This document shows positions 17,571 through 27,855 of a DNA stretch of 64,000 nt, in pieces (within the stretch, counting starts at the first letter, position 1; the number at the start of each line of letters is the position of its first letter). This stretch comes from Snowella sp. (lineage in GTDB: Bacteria > Cyanobacteriota > Cyanobacteriia > Cyanobacteriales > Microcystaceae), in the NCBI GenBank assembly GCA_035285405.1, contig JAYKJI010000366.1, positions 5,823 to 69,822 of the forward strand, given 5' to 3'. The position numbers and the translations under genes were made by a program. Below the pieces are notes generated by a model. The model made no database searches. It was not told the origin of the DNA and worked only from the letters and a program-made list of their open reading frames with translations.

Positions 17571-17864
17571 CTAATTCTCTGTTGGAGTGGAAGCCAGGCG
17601 ACTACGACGCACCCGTCGAACTGGTAAGTTAGCAATAAGAGCCGTCATCCGTTGATCACTTTCTAAGGACAATTCCATCTCTTCAGAATCAATCTCAACA
17701 TAGCGGCTAACGACTTCTAAAATATCCTGGCGCATCGCCTCTAACATTTCTGGACTGAGACCAGAACGATCATTGGCAATCACGAGTTTAAGCCGTCGCC
17801 TAGCATCCTCTCCACTTTTACTTGCACCACGCCCAAACAAACGTTCAAGCAAATCTAAAATCAT
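17571..17864 (-). CDS. minE: cell division topological specificity factor MinE
   Basis: 97-aa ORF. 'ARRRLKLVIANDRSGLSPEMLEAMRQDILEVVSRYVEID'. It lies downstream of minD. Confidence 0.9.
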   Translation of the reverse strand: MILDLLERLFGRGASKSGEDARRRLKLVIANDRSGLSPEMLEAMRQDILEVVSRYVEIDSEEMELSLESDQRMTALIANLPVRRVRRSRLASTPTEN

Positions 17865-17940
17865 TTTTAACTCCCATTGACTTTACAATTTAGTCGGATA
17901 AATTCTTGATCATTCTTTACTCTGTTGCAGTTGGCCATGC

Positions 17941-18741
17941 TTAGGGGCCGAATAGACGACGACGAATTCGCATCAAGAGATTATCATGGGCTGCCATAAA
18001 ATCTAAGAAAGGAATATCTTGACCCTCCAAACGTCTGGCAATATTCTGAAACGCTAAACCAGGAACCGACAATTTTTCTTCTAAAACTAAAGGCTCTCCT
18101 TTATTAGTAGAAATAATAATCTTTTGATCATCAGGGATAACGCCTAATAGTGGAATGGCTAGGAGTTCTAATATATCCTCGACACTAATCATTTGGTTAA
18201 GTTGAACCATTTCTGGTCGCAGACGGTTAATAACCAGACTAATTCGCTCTATACTTTCGGCTTCTAGTAAACCAATGACGCGATCCGCATCCCGAACCGC
18301 AGACATTTCTGGGGTTGTGACAATAATCGCTTCCTTGGCGGGAGTAACGGCATTACGAAATCCCATCTCAATACCGGCCGGACAGTCAATAATAATGTAA
18401 TCAAATTTCTTGGCGAGTTGATCTACCAATTGCTGCATTTGCTCTGGACTGATAGCATCCTTGGATCGATTTTGGGCAGCCGGTAATAAAACAAGATTGG
18501 GTAGTCGTTTATCTTTAACTAAGGCTTTATCAATAGAGCAGTCCCCAGAAAGGACATCGATCGCCGTATAGACAATCCGTTGTTCTAACCCTAGGAGTAA
18601 ATCTAAGTTACGAAGACCGAAATCCGCATCTACTAAAGCAACTTTTTTCCCTAAACGGGCCAGCGCAGAGCCTAAATTAGCCGTAGTGGTGGTTTTACCC
18701 ACACCGCCTTTTCCTGAAGTTACAACAATAATCCGATTCAT
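17941..18741 (-). CDS. minD: septum site-determining ATPase MinD
   Basis: 266-aa ORF. The deviant Walker A 'VVTSGKGGVGKTTTTANLG' is present and the full-length MinD pattern holds. Confidence 0.95.
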   Translation of the reverse strand: MNRIIVVTSGKGGVGKTTTTANLGSALARLGKKVALVDADFGLRNLDLLLGLEQRIVYTAIDVLSGDCSIDKALVKDKRLPNLVLLPAAQNRSKDAISPEQMQQLVDQLAKKFDYIIIDCPAGIEMGFRNAVTPAKEAIIVTTPEMSAVRDADRVIGLLEAESIERISLVINRLRPEMVQLNQMISVEDILELLAIPLLGVIPDDQKIIISTNKGEPLVLEEKLSVPGLAFQNIARRLEGQDIPFLDFMAAHDNLLMRIRRRLFGP

Positions 18742-18816
18742 AGCTGGGTCGTCTATCTTAGGGTGATGGTTCGCAAAACGTTAACAATAAAATTTAGAGG
18801 AGACTGGCTTTTGATT

Positions 18817-19542
18817 TTACTTGATCTTTTTGAATTTACGGGCAGAAGTTAGCCGAATGCCATCAGGAGTAATATAGGCCACTTCGGGTTCGTTTTGATC
18901 GGCCGCTTCGGTGGAAACCCTGGCAACCAAGTCAGCAATGCGGATCTGGCTGGCAGCCAGCTTAAGAATCATCACGATCGCATTTTGATCGCCCTTAACG
19001 CCAGCATGGACAGTTCCCCGTAAAGTTCCCCAGATGAGGATATCTCCCTCGGCGATAATTTCGCCCCCCGGATTGAGGTCTCCCACCAATAACACATCTC
19101 CTGGATGTTCAATCACAACCCCAGAACGGATCGTATTTTTCAGGACTAGGGGTTTGGCCAAGGCACGAGGATTAGCTTGTAGTAAAGTCGGCGATCGCGA
19201 AATTTGCTCAACAGAATAGCCAATACTGGCAGCAGCGACAGCAGTTTGACGACGGCTGGTTTTTACCCCTTGCAATTCCAAGTTAATCTCTGTCAGTAGG
19301 GCGGCGATCGCCTGTAATTGCCGAACATCTAGTAAACGATCCTGAACCGATAGATAAACTGAACTACCATGAGGCCAACGATCAGCCTGTAATTTTAGAT
19401 AAACCTGAAGAGCTTGTTCTAACTGAGTCCAATCACGACTCAGATCCGGTTGGTTGGAAAACGGCAGGGTTAGCCATAACTGTTCACCCTCTGGTTGAAG
19501 TTGAATGGATAAACTAGATGGAAGAGGAAGATCGGCAGTCAT
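18817..19542 (-). CDS. minC: septum formation inhibitor MinC
   Basis: 241-aa ORF. The C-terminal beta-helix region is 'IRSGVVIEHPGDVLLVGDLNPGGEIIAEGDILIWGTLRGTVHAG'. It is the first gene of the minCDE order. Confidence 0.8.
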   Translation of the reverse strand: MTADLPLPSSLSIQLQPEGEQLWLTLPFSNQPDLSRDWTQLEQALQVYLKLQADRWPHGSSVYLSVQDRLLDVRQLQAIAALLTEINLELQGVKTSRRQTAVAAASIGYSVEQISRSPTLLQANPRALAKPLVLKNTIRSGVVIEHPGDVLLVGDLNPGGEIIAEGDILIWGTLRGTVHAGVKGDQNAIVMILKLAASQIRIADLVARVSTEAADQNEPEVAYITPDGIRLTSARKFKKIK

Positions 19543-19744
19543 CTAAATCACTCAGAAGTTCAGAAAATTTTAAAAATTTAGACTATTACATTATCACCCT
19601 TCTGTATTCTCCCCTCAGGTTTAGGTTTATAACAGTCACCATTATGCTGCGGATGATAACCAGGGGTAATCCCCTTGGCTGAAGTTTTTCGATGTCATCA
19701 AAAATCTGTCCGTATGTTATAAATTTTTATCTCAAAATAAGATC

Positions 19745-19762
19745 TACTGATACTGATACTGA
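19745..19762. repeat. (TACTGA)x3 microsatellite in the minC / membrane-protein divergent intergenic region
   Basis: Direct read: tactga tactga tactga ta. Confidence 0.8.
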
Positions 19763-19829
19763 TATAGTAATATGGCACTATTTCAGATAAATTTTTAGTG
19801 CGGGTAAACTTATTGCGCGCCTGGATTTG

Positions 19830-20405
19830 ATGAATACCCTGCATTGGATACTACTTGTAATGACTTCGGGCACTGCTTTGCTCTGTTATCTCTGCTGCCA
19901 AAGGATGACCCGACTCCCTAGTAATGAGAGAAGTCGCCAATCTCAACTGCTCTGGTGGTCTACTTTTGTTGTCTTAGCCTTATTAAGCCTAGAGATTGTA
20001 TCTAGTCTTTATCCTAGGGAAAAAACCTTCTTATTTGATTTGTTTTTCGGAACTAGTCTTTTATCAGATCCTCAGATTAATATTATTGCTTTGCTCAAGG
20101 AGACAGTCACTGCCCTGGCAACCTTTATATTGCTTGTCGCTCTTTTAATCCAGAAAAAAAGCCGTAAATTACTACCGATGTACCTGGGCTTTTTCTGTTT
20201 ACTAACACAGATTGCTTTAGATGCAATGATTACGCGATCGCTCCATGTTAAGATATCCATTCCCTGGTTACTTAGCATTACGCCATTGCTTTTACAAATG
20301 CTGGGAACAAGTTTTATTGCTTTTAGCACAATTAAACAATACCATTATTTATTAACGAGAAAAGTACGGCATAAACGACGAAGAAGAACAGATAATCCTG
20401 AATAG
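19830..20405 (+). CDS. hypothetical integral membrane protein
   Basis: ~191-aa ORF (ATG at 19830) with several hydrophobic helices and a basic C-terminal tail 'RKVRHKRRRRT'. No family recognised. Confidence 0.4.
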   Translation: MNTLHWILLVMTSGTALLCYLCCQRMTRLPSNERSRQSQLLWWSTFVVLALLSLEIVSSLYPREKTFLFDLFFGTSLLSDPQINIIALLKETVTALATFILLVALLIQKKSRKLLPMYLGFFCLLTQIALDAMITRSLHVKISIPWLLSITPLLLQMLGTSFIAFSTIKQYHYLLTRKVRHKRRRRTDNPE

Positions 20406-20480
20406 AAAAAAAGCAAAATATCACAGAAAATAATTCCAATTCTAGGTTAGTTTTTTTCTTTCAATATCTTCTGGATGGTT

Positions 20481-21794
20481 TTAGGAATTTAAACGACGAT
20501 AAACTATCGCTAAACCCTGAGCATCTCCCACATTACCAGGAAAAAGCACGACTGGTAAATTAGGAAAGCGAGGATGATCAGCACCCGTTTTGACCATTGA
20601 ACAGCCCGGTAATATTTGCCCTAGCAGTCGCGCCGATCGCAGTCCTAAACCTGTACTTAAAACATCGTTAGAAGTAATGCCCCCTTTACTAATCAAAAAC
20701 CCCATATCCTCAGGCAAGTTCTGGACAATATCCATCAGTAAACGGGAAACCGCTACCCCAAAATCGAGACGTTGCTGTACTGTATTGAAGGTCAATTCTT
20801 GACGACTGGTATAAACTACCGGTGTGTTCTGATCCCGATGAATCTCTTGAATTTTTTCTAAGGTTGACTGTAATAATAACTGACGCTTCTCTGGGAAATC
20901 CCGCAAAAAGCTAACATCAATTTCAACGCCCACAACTCCCGCTTCTTTGAGTAAATTTTCTAACTGTTCTGTGGTTTTTTTAACATGAGAACCAACAATG
21001 ATCGCTCCGGCTTGCCGGGTCGGCTTATATTCAGCCATCGCTTCGGCTGCCAACGGTTGAGTTCCTAACTGAGCTAAAGAGGTCAAAATACTCGCGGCAC
21101 TGCGAAATAGAAAGCGTTTTCCCTGAGCGGCTGCGGTTAAAATTGCCTGGGCAAATTGATCTAAATCTGCTTGTTTTTCCCCATCTACTACAACACAAGT
21201 ATTATTGTGCAAATTTTGTAAACGTGCTAGACAGTCTTGCCGAATGTCGGGCAGCAGAAAACGTTCTACCTGGGAAGCTTGAATTGTCCCCTGGGTTTTT
21301 TCTTCCACATAATCAGGTAAGTAACTATGGTGATAGCCAAAAACGGAATCTTGAGCGAATTCTGTCTTATGAACGGGTGTTTCTTGCCCATTGACCATTA
21401 AATAATGCACACTTTCTCTGGTAATTCTGCCCCCTTCAAAAAAAGCCGGAATTAAAAAATGAGCATCAAAGGGGCCTAAGATGGCGGCGATCGCGTCTGT
21501 TTCGAGGGGATAGTGGCCGCGCAAGGTTGAATCTGAGCGACTAACAATGAGAAAATCCTGAATATTTTCCGCCGCTAGAGCCAATTGTAAATTTTGGCAA
21601 ACTTCACGGGTGACTTGGGTGGCTTTTTCTGGGGTTAATGCCCTGGTATTGGTGAGAATGAAAAAAATAGGAGCCTGATCCCTCAATCCTAAACGCAAGG
21701 TGTCCACATCCCACTGCATGAGCAACAAACAGCTATGAACCGTTTGTGAACCAGTCGGATCATCATCCAGGACAATAATTTTAGGAGTCGTCAT
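20481..21794 (-). CDS. four-carbon acid sugar kinase family protein (DUF1537/OtnK-like)
   Basis: 437-aa ORF. The N-terminus 'IIVLDDDPTGSQTVH' and C-terminal 'ISKGGITSNDV' are characteristic of the family. Confidence 0.7.
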   Translation of the reverse strand: MTTPKIIVLDDDPTGSQTVHSCLLLMQWDVDTLRLGLRDQAPIFFILTNTRALTPEKATQVTREVCQNLQLALAAENIQDFLIVSRSDSTLRGHYPLETDAIAAILGPFDAHFLIPAFFEGGRITRESVHYLMVNGQETPVHKTEFAQDSVFGYHHSYLPDYVEEKTQGTIQASQVERFLLPDIRQDCLARLQNLHNNTCVVVDGEKQADLDQFAQAILTAAAQGKRFLFRSAASILTSLAQLGTQPLAAEAMAEYKPTRQAGAIIVGSHVKKTTEQLENLLKEAGVVGVEIDVSFLRDFPEKRQLLLQSTLEKIQEIHRDQNTPVVYTSRQELTFNTVQQRLDFGVAVSRLLMDIVQNLPEDMGFLISKGGITSNDVLSTGLGLRSARLLGQILPGCSMVKTGADHPRFPNLPVVLFPGNVGDAQGLAIVYRRLNS

Positions 21795-21884
21795 CAGATT
21801 AATTCAGAAGGTGGAAAGAGAATAGACAGAATAGGGTTGACTTTTATTATTTCATGCTTTGCCAGCCGATCAAATCTGTCACCG

Positions 21885-22535
21885 TTAAAAGTCTTGGGGG
21901 TCAATACCCATCTCCTGTAACTTTTGGGCTAATCGTAATGCACTTTCCTCGGCTGTTGGGACTAGTTTGCCCCGGGGGGTGAAAAAGCGCAGTTGTCCAT
22001 TCTTAATCCCCAGAAATAATTGCAATTGCTGGCTCCATAAATAACCTTGCTCATTGGCTTCTAGTGACTGATACTGTCCCCCCACAAGCTGAAAACCTTG
22101 AAATTCAAAGCTGTTAGGGTCAAACCAGAAATAGTCAGGAGTCCGAAAAATATCTTGATAAATTTGTTTCTTTAAACCCCGATCCGTCTCAGCAGTACTA
22201 TCAGAGAGAATTTCGATAATCACATGGGGATACTGTCCCCCCTCTTGCCAGACCACCCAACTCGGACGGGGTTTACGCTCTGTTCCCAAGACCACGAAAA
22301 AATCTGGCCCACGAAAAAATTCTGATTTACGTTGTTGAGGACTGTCATAAATCGTTAAGTTCCCCGCCGCAAAAAAATCGGAGCGATCGCGCCACCACCA
22401 TTCTAGGCACTTGAGTAGTAGGATCATTTGCTGAAGATGAAGATAGGTTTCCACTGGTGGTTCATCACTAAGCAAATCTCCAGGCGGAAAAACAATTTTC
22501 TCAGACAGTCTAGGGATTTCTAGCGCAATAGACAT
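21885..22535 (-). CDS. Uma2 family endonuclease
   Basis: 'PHVIIEILSDSTAETDRGLKKQIYQDIFRTPDYFWFDP' is the Uma2 core. The ATG at 22535 is preceded by GGAGA, whereas the track ORF starts at 22574. The C-terminal tail 'LAQKLQEMGIDPQDF' resembles that of the 10477 copy. Confidence 0.8.
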   Translation of the reverse strand: MSIALEIPRLSEKIVFPPGDLLSDEPPVETYLHLQQMILLLKCLEWWWRDRSDFFAAGNLTIYDSPQQRKSEFFRGPDFFVVLGTERKPRPSWVVWQEGGQYPHVIIEILSDSTAETDRGLKKQIYQDIFRTPDYFWFDPNSFEFQGFQLVGGQYQSLEANEQGYLWSQQLQLFLGIKNGQLRFFTPRGKLVPTAEESALRLAQKLQEMGIDPQDF

Positions 22536-22674
22536 AAGGATTATCTCCGCTAGGATGACGGTTATACAAGACAATGTATTGATTCTAACTCACCGAGTTT
22601 GAGGTCTGGAAGATTTAAGCTATAGTCGGGTATCAGTTCTTTTCGGCCCCTATTAATTGCTTAAGGAAAGCTCG

Positions 22675-24834
22675 ATGATGCACCTTGAACCCGTTGTCCT
22701 CGTTTTAATACAGATTCTGGTCGTGATTGGACTTTCTCGCTTAATGGGAACAGCCTGTCGCAAAATTCAGCAACCTTTGGTCATTGGAGAAATCATTGCC
22801 GGCATTTTACTGGGGCCATCGCTACTGGGGTTGGTTTTGCCAGATGTGAAAGCTTGGCTTTTTCCCATTGAAACCTTGCCTTACTTGAATATATTATCCC
22901 AAATTGGCTTAATTTTCTTTATGTTTCTGATTGGGCTAGAACTCAATCCGAAGTATTTAAGCGGTCAATTGAATGTCGCTATTTTGACTTCTCACGTTAG
23001 TATTGTTGTGCCTTTTTCTTTGGGCAGCATTTTAGCCTTATTACTCTATCCATTAGTCTCTAATGCCGATGTTTCATTCACGGCCTTTGCCCTCTTTTTG
23101 GGAGCGGCGATGTCGATTACGGCCTTTCCCGTTTTAGCCCGCATTATTACCGAAAATAATTTACAAGGAACAAAATTAGGAACCCTGGCTTTAACCTGTG
23201 CCGCAGTGGATGATGTCACCGCTTGGTGTATTTTAGCTTTGGCGATCGCGGTGGCTAGAACTGGAACAATTACCGGAGCCTTTCCCACCATCATTTTAGC
23301 CATCCTTTACATTGTTTTTATGGTGACATTGGGGCGTAAATTTTTACAAAGATTACTGGTTCACTATAAGCGAACGGGAAGGTTAAGCCAGTTAACCCTA
23401 GCCGGAATTTATATGGGCATTGTGATTTCTGCCCTGATTACAGAATTGATTGGTATTCACTTTATTTTTGGAGCCTTTCTGTTAGGGGCTATAATGCCCA
23501 AAAATGCGGGATTAGTGAAGGAATTAGCCGAAAAAACGGAAGACTTTGTTTTAATCTTTCTGTTACCCATCTTTTTTGCATTCAGTGGTCTAAGAACCGA
23601 AATCGGATTACTGAATCGTCCTGAATTATGGTTACTCTGTGGAGCCGTTTTAGCAGTTGCTATTTCGGGAAAATATATTGGCACTTATGTCGCCGCCAGG
23701 GTTTCCGGGATTAATAATCGAGATGCCTCAGCCCTGGGATGGTTGATGAATACTCGCGGGTTGACCGAGTTAATTGTGCTGAATATTGGTCTGAGTTTAG
23801 GGGTGATTACGCCGTTGCTTTTTACCATGTTAGTGATTATGGCCCTGGTCACGACTTTTATGACTTCTCCCCTGTTGGAATGGACTTATCCGAAAGATAA
23901 AATTCGTCTTGATATTGTCGAACAGGAAACCCCGGATTTGGAATTTGATTCGGCTCAACCCAATTATCGAATTTTAGTGCCAGTGGCCAATCCCCTTACC
24001 CAAAAAGGATTATTAAAATTAGCAGTCACGATCGCGGGCAAGCAACCCTCCATTGTTCACGCACTGTGTTTAATTGAATTACAGGAAGACTATCAATTTC
24101 AAAGTACGCCCGATGAAGCCAATCGTTTAATTAAAAAAAGACGGGAGGGATTAGAAGAATTAATTGCTACCCTAGAACCCCCAGAAATTCGCCAAAATAT
24201 CTATCCCATTGTCACGGTGGCCAGTGATGTGGCCAAGGAAACCGCCCAAATTGCGATCGCCGACCATGCTGATTTAATTATTGTGGGTTGGCATCGTTCC
24301 GGTTTTATCGATAATCGCTTAGGGGGAAGAGTGGGCAAAATTCTCAATAGCGCACCCGTTGATGTCGCCGTCTTTGTCGATAAGCGCAAGGTAAAATTAG
24401 AATCTCTGTTAGTAGCCTATGCCGATAATATTCACGATGATCTAGGATTTTCTTTGGCACTGCGTATGTTATTTCAGGATCCGAGTTGTCAATTAGAAGT
24501 ACTCAGATTTAACAACGCTAATCAAAATAATGATGAAGAAGCCAGTTACGAATTTCGGAGAATGTTGGAATTATTGCCTGCCATTGTTCGCGATCGCATT
24601 CATATTACCCAAGTTGAAGGCACTGAACCCATTCAAGCCGTCATTGAAGCCTCTAAAAATGCCGATTTAACCATTGCAGGAACAAGTCGCACCTGGGGCA
24701 TTGAAAAACAAACGTTGGGACGCTATACCGACGAATTGGCCCAGGCTTGTCATTCCTCATTACTGATTACCCGCCGCTATTCCCGTGTGATCAGTCATAT
24801 TGCCTCTTTTATCGATGACGTAGCTGTTCGTTAA
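22675..24834 (+). CDS. cation:proton antiporter (CPA2 family) with C-terminal USP-like domains
   Basis: ~719 aa. The N-terminal half has 12-13 hydrophobic helices ('GEIIAGILLGPSLLG'). The C-terminal ~300 aa are soluble with 'DLIIVGWH'-type universal-stress motifs. The first ATG pair is at 22675. Confidence 0.85.
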   Translation: MMHLEPVVLVLIQILVVIGLSRLMGTACRKIQQPLVIGEIIAGILLGPSLLGLVLPDVKAWLFPIETLPYLNILSQIGLIFFMFLIGLELNPKYLSGQLNVAILTSHVSIVVPFSLGSILALLLYPLVSNADVSFTAFALFLGAAMSITAFPVLARIITENNLQGTKLGTLALTCAAVDDVTAWCILALAIAVARTGTITGAFPTIILAILYIVFMVTLGRKFLQRLLVHYKRTGRLSQLTLAGIYMGIVISALITELIGIHFIFGAFLLGAIMPKNAGLVKELAEKTEDFVLIFLLPIFFAFSGLRTEIGLLNRPELWLLCGAVLAVAISGKYIGTYVAARVSGINNRDASALGWLMNTRGLTELIVLNIGLSLGVITPLLFTMLVIMALVTTFMTSPLLEWTYPKDKIRLDIVEQETPDLEFDSAQPNYRILVPVANPLTQKGLLKLAVTIAGKQPSIVHALCLIELQEDYQFQSTPDEANRLIKKRREGLEELIATLEPPEIRQNIYPIVTVASDVAKETAQIAIADHADLIIVGWHRSGFIDNRLGGRVGKILNSAPVDVAVFVDKRKVKLESLLVAYADNIHDDLGFSLALRMLFQDPSCQLEVLRFNNANQNNDEEASYEFRRMLELLPAIVRDRIHITQVEGTEPIQAVIEASKNADLTIAGTSRTWGIEKQTLGRYTDELAQACHSSLLITRRYSRVISHIASFIDDVAVR

Positions 24835-24864
24835 AACTCATTTGACAAGAATAATCCAAAATTA

Positions 24865-25410
24865 ATGAATCACTTTAGCCCCAAATCCCTCGCCTTTTAT
24901 GGGACGATGATCGGCTCTGTTCTCGTCCTGTTTAATATCGTTAGTGCCTACGGCGAAGCCAATCTCAAAGCCCCACCGAAAGTTTCTGGTAATTATCAAC
25001 TAACCAGTTCTGATCTACCAGACTGTCTGATTTCTGAGAATTTGACCCTGGCGATCGAACAGTCTGGCCGTTATATTGCCGGAGAATTAAGTCTTAGCTC
25101 TCAAACCATCGCCACGCCAGAAAAAGTCTCCCCTGTAGTTGAATCATCCTCTGAAAAGCCAGGGACAACTGAAGAAAAACAAGAGACAAAAGAAAACATC
25201 ATCTTAAGTGGTTTAATGTTGTCCCAACCTTTCACCTTATCAGGTAAAACAGCCCTTTTAGGCTCTTGTTCCGTCGCGGCCTCTCCAAAGGAGATTGATC
25301 TCCAACTGCAATTTCAGGACAAAAATCTTTCTGGTCAACTGCACTGGTCTGATCTCGTCATCAATTTCACTGCTCAAAAACTGGAACCCACTAACGGAGT
25401 CACCAAATAA
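24865..25410 (+). CDS. hypothetical protein with N-terminal signal/anchor
   Basis: 181-aa ORF starting 30 nt after the antiporter. It has a hydrophobic N-terminus. No family recognised. Confidence 0.4.
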   Translation: MNHFSPKSLAFYGTMIGSVLVLFNIVSAYGEANLKAPPKVSGNYQLTSSDLPDCLISENLTLAIEQSGRYIAGELSLSSQTIATPEKVSPVVESSSEKPGTTEEKQETKENIILSGLMLSQPFTLSGKTALLGSCSVAASPKEIDLQLQFQDKNLSGQLHWSDLVINFTAQKLEPTNGVTK

Positions 25411-25616
25411 ATAAGGACTTACTTCTTAAGAGAGTGTGCCAATTATCTAAGTGTCACAATTATTCGTTTTTTTTTCCAAAAGCCCAGTTAATATCTACTT
25501 GTGTGTGAGGAGTAAGAGTAATAAGGAAAAGTAAAGAGGGTCGAAACACGGCAAGACTCCTTTAAGCTTTTCCTTTTTTGCTGTCAGTTTTTTAAGTATC
25601 TGTATATTAAAGCTGT

Positions 25617-26138
25617 TTACCAGCCCCAGGTGCCGCTTGCTCCTTTAAAGGGGCCAACAATGTCGGCCGTAATCCAACCACCATAAAAATCTCCTGGCTG
25701 GGCTGTGACTTTCTCACCATCCACAAGACAAGCATCCATACGGCTCGGATAAAAAGCCACATAATCTTTTAACACAGCAAAATAGGCATTGGGTTCAGGA
25801 TAATACCAGGCGGCCTGTTCTACCTTTTTATTGCCCACCTGAAGACAGTAATAGTGAGCCATCCCTTTCCATTCACAATAGGATTGCTGGGACGTGGGGC
25901 TAAGGTACTGTCTAGCAATATCAGCAGGCGGGATGTAATAGACAGGGGGATGACTGGTTTCCAATACTCTTTGTGTCTGTTGGCTATCCACAATCATGAC
26001 CTCGTTAAACCAGATCTGTATGCGTTTAGGGCTGGCTTCTACTTTGGGCGGACGAGGATAGTCCCACACGGATTCTTGGCCAGGGAGCGGTTTAATCGGT
26101 TGAGGAGAAAACATAGGCATTAATAAAGGGAGATACAA
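25617..26138 (-). CDS. DUF427 domain protein
   Basis: 'ESVWDYPRPP', 'LETSHPPVYYIPP' and 'CEWKGMAHYY' are motifs I associate with DUF427. The true start may be an internal Met at ~26114-26120. Confidence 0.6.
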   Translation of the reverse strand: MYLPLLMPMFSPQPIKPLPGQESVWDYPRPPKVEASPKRIQIWFNEVMIVDSQQTQRVLETSHPPVYYIPPADIARQYLSPTSQQSYCEWKGMAHYYCLQVGNKKVEQAAWYYPEPNAYFAVLKDYVAFYPSRMDACLVDGEKVTAQPGDFYGGWITADIVGPFKGASGTWGW

Positions 26139-26233
26139 TTCAGTGAGTCAATCGGGCGAGAAGGGACTAAGGATACCTTAAAATAAAGGCAAAATGAGCA
26201 TAGTGGCTCTAACAGTTGAAGTCAAGATTTAGA

Positions 26234-27277
26234 ATGCAGAAATTCTTTAAACGCATTTGGCGATGGTTCCAGCAAGTTTTAGGTAAATTCTTGGGAGGCT
26301 CCAAGTTGACGGCTGCCTATGGCGGTAACAAATTAGCTACGTCTTCAGAAATCGTTCCTTTAACTGATACGGATTATGAATTTCTTTTTAGTCAGTTATT
26401 GGAAGGCATCGCTCACGGTTGGCACGAGGGGCGGATTTTAAAGTTCTTTGAACAATTGGGCGATCGCGGTAAGACCAAGCTCTGGGTCAATTGGTTAGAT
26501 CGATTTGGTGAAAAGGTTTTAGCCTCTCCCTCTCCTAACTTGATTTTGGCGGCTCGCATGATGCGTTTAGGGGAATTGGCCCAGTCCTTTCCTAAAATTG
26601 AACCCATTGGTCATCAATCCCATTTGATTGCGCGACAACTTTATGCGAGACAGGCTCCTCAAGGAGAGGAAATTTGGGAATATGGCGGCCCCGATATGGA
26701 GATTGCCGGTAATTTTGCCCCAGAACTACCGCCTAATGGCCAACAGGAAACCTATACCCTAGAAGAACTCGCCACCCAATTAGAAACGGATCCTGAATTA
26801 ACCGCCCATTTAGCCAATGAGTTGGGTCTGGATAATCCGAGTCCCCAGAAAATTATGGAAGCTCTGATGGCCCAGTTTAATATTGCCCAGGACGAGTTAG
26901 CCAATCAACCCTTACCAGAGAATGCCGAGGGCTGGTTATCCAGAGGGTTACAACAGGCTAATTTAGGAGATTTAGAGGGGGCGATCGCTAGTTGGGATCA
27001 GGCCGTAACGTTAGATCCGCAATTGGCCCAAGCTTGGCATAATCGTGGTAGTGCTTTAGGGAATTTAGGACGATTGGAAGAAGCCTTAGCCAGTTTCCGT
27101 CAAGCTGTCACCCTTAACCCTCAGGATTATCAGGCTCTATTTAACTTAGGTTCTGTTTTAGAAGTTTTAGGACAAAATGAGGAGGCGATCGCCAGCTATC
27201 AAAAAGTACTGGAAATAGAGCCGACCTTTGAACTAGCGACCACACGCTTAAACCATCTACAATCCTCACTCGGTTAG
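26234..27277 (+). CDS. TPR repeat protein
   Basis: The C-terminal third carries 3-4 TPR units ('AWHNRGSALGNLGRLEEALASFRQAVTLNPQ'). The ATG is at 26234, while the track ORF starts at an alternative codon at 26216. Confidence 0.7.
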   Translation: MQKFFKRIWRWFQQVLGKFLGGSKLTAAYGGNKLATSSEIVPLTDTDYEFLFSQLLEGIAHGWHEGRILKFFEQLGDRGKTKLWVNWLDRFGEKVLASPSPNLILAARMMRLGELAQSFPKIEPIGHQSHLIARQLYARQAPQGEEIWEYGGPDMEIAGNFAPELPPNGQQETYTLEELATQLETDPELTAHLANELGLDNPSPQKIMEALMAQFNIAQDELANQPLPENAEGWLSRGLQQANLGDLEGAIASWDQAVTLDPQLAQAWHNRGSALGNLGRLEEALASFRQAVTLNPQDYQALFNLGSVLEVLGQNEEAIASYQKVLEIEPTFELATTRLNHLQSSLG

Positions 27278-27386
27278 ACAGGCGAAAATCAAGACGACAC
27301 GCCCAAAATGGTAAGGTTATCCTGAAGATCCCGCCCTAAAGGGTTGGTGTTCCCAGCCCTAACCCTTGAATCGAGAATCACCCTGC

Positions 27387-27743
27387 TTAGGGAGTCACGG
27401 CCTCTGCTGCCCCGAAACCATCGCTCTCGCTACAAACTTCATAAAAATCGGTGACGGGAGGCTTGGCAAACAGAGGGTTCATTTGCTCTAAAATTGCTTG
27501 GTGAATTTTAGTTTGGTTGGCCTCCATATCTTCGATATTTTCCCAAATAATGACGGCAATCCCCTCATCGGAATTGGGTTTCCGCAACAAAAAAGATCCC
27601 TGAAAACCCTTCGTATAGGTAGAGACAGCTTTTTCATAAAGTTCTTGGGCTTGTTCAAACCGTCCGAGTTTAAATTCGCCCATGGCCACGTAAGCGTATT
27701 TATGATTATGCTTTAAACAACCGTCAATAAAGTCAGTAGACAT
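27387..27743 (-). CDS. hypothetical small alpha/beta protein (possibly ABM/dimeric alpha-beta barrel-like)
   Basis: 118-aa ORF. The 'GIAVIIWENIEDMEANQ' pattern is reminiscent of ABM domains. Weak support. Confidence 0.35.
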   Translation of the reverse strand: MSTDFIDGCLKHNHKYAYVAMGEFKLGRFEQAQELYEKAVSTYTKGFQGSFLLRKPNSDEGIAVIIWENIEDMEANQTKIHQAILEQMNPLFAKPPVTDFYEVCSESDGFGAAEAVTP

Positions 27744-27855
27744 CTATAAAACTCCTGAACAAGTCCTGAAAGATTAATGAGTGGCCTGATCCATCAAAAA
27801 CACTTGCTTATAATGGATTGGCCCTACAAAAAGTTTAATCTTTCCCGTGAGAGAC

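Noticed and set aside
17333-17635. 100-aa minus-strand ORF between panD and minE containing an HTH-like stretch 'QVSRSNIYQGLKEG', reminiscent of resolvase or transposase HTH motifs.
   Set aside because: It overlaps the minE 3' end in another frame. The rest is AT-rich low-quality sequence with no start context. At most it is a decayed remnant and I cannot support a gene.
25523-25585. Imperfect long hairpin (aaggaaaag ... cttttcctt) followed by T-run, considered as a terminator for the 24865-25410 gene.
   Set aside because: Only the outer 9 bp pair well. The inner part is mostly mismatched and it lies >110 nt past the stop. It is too weak to list as a feature.
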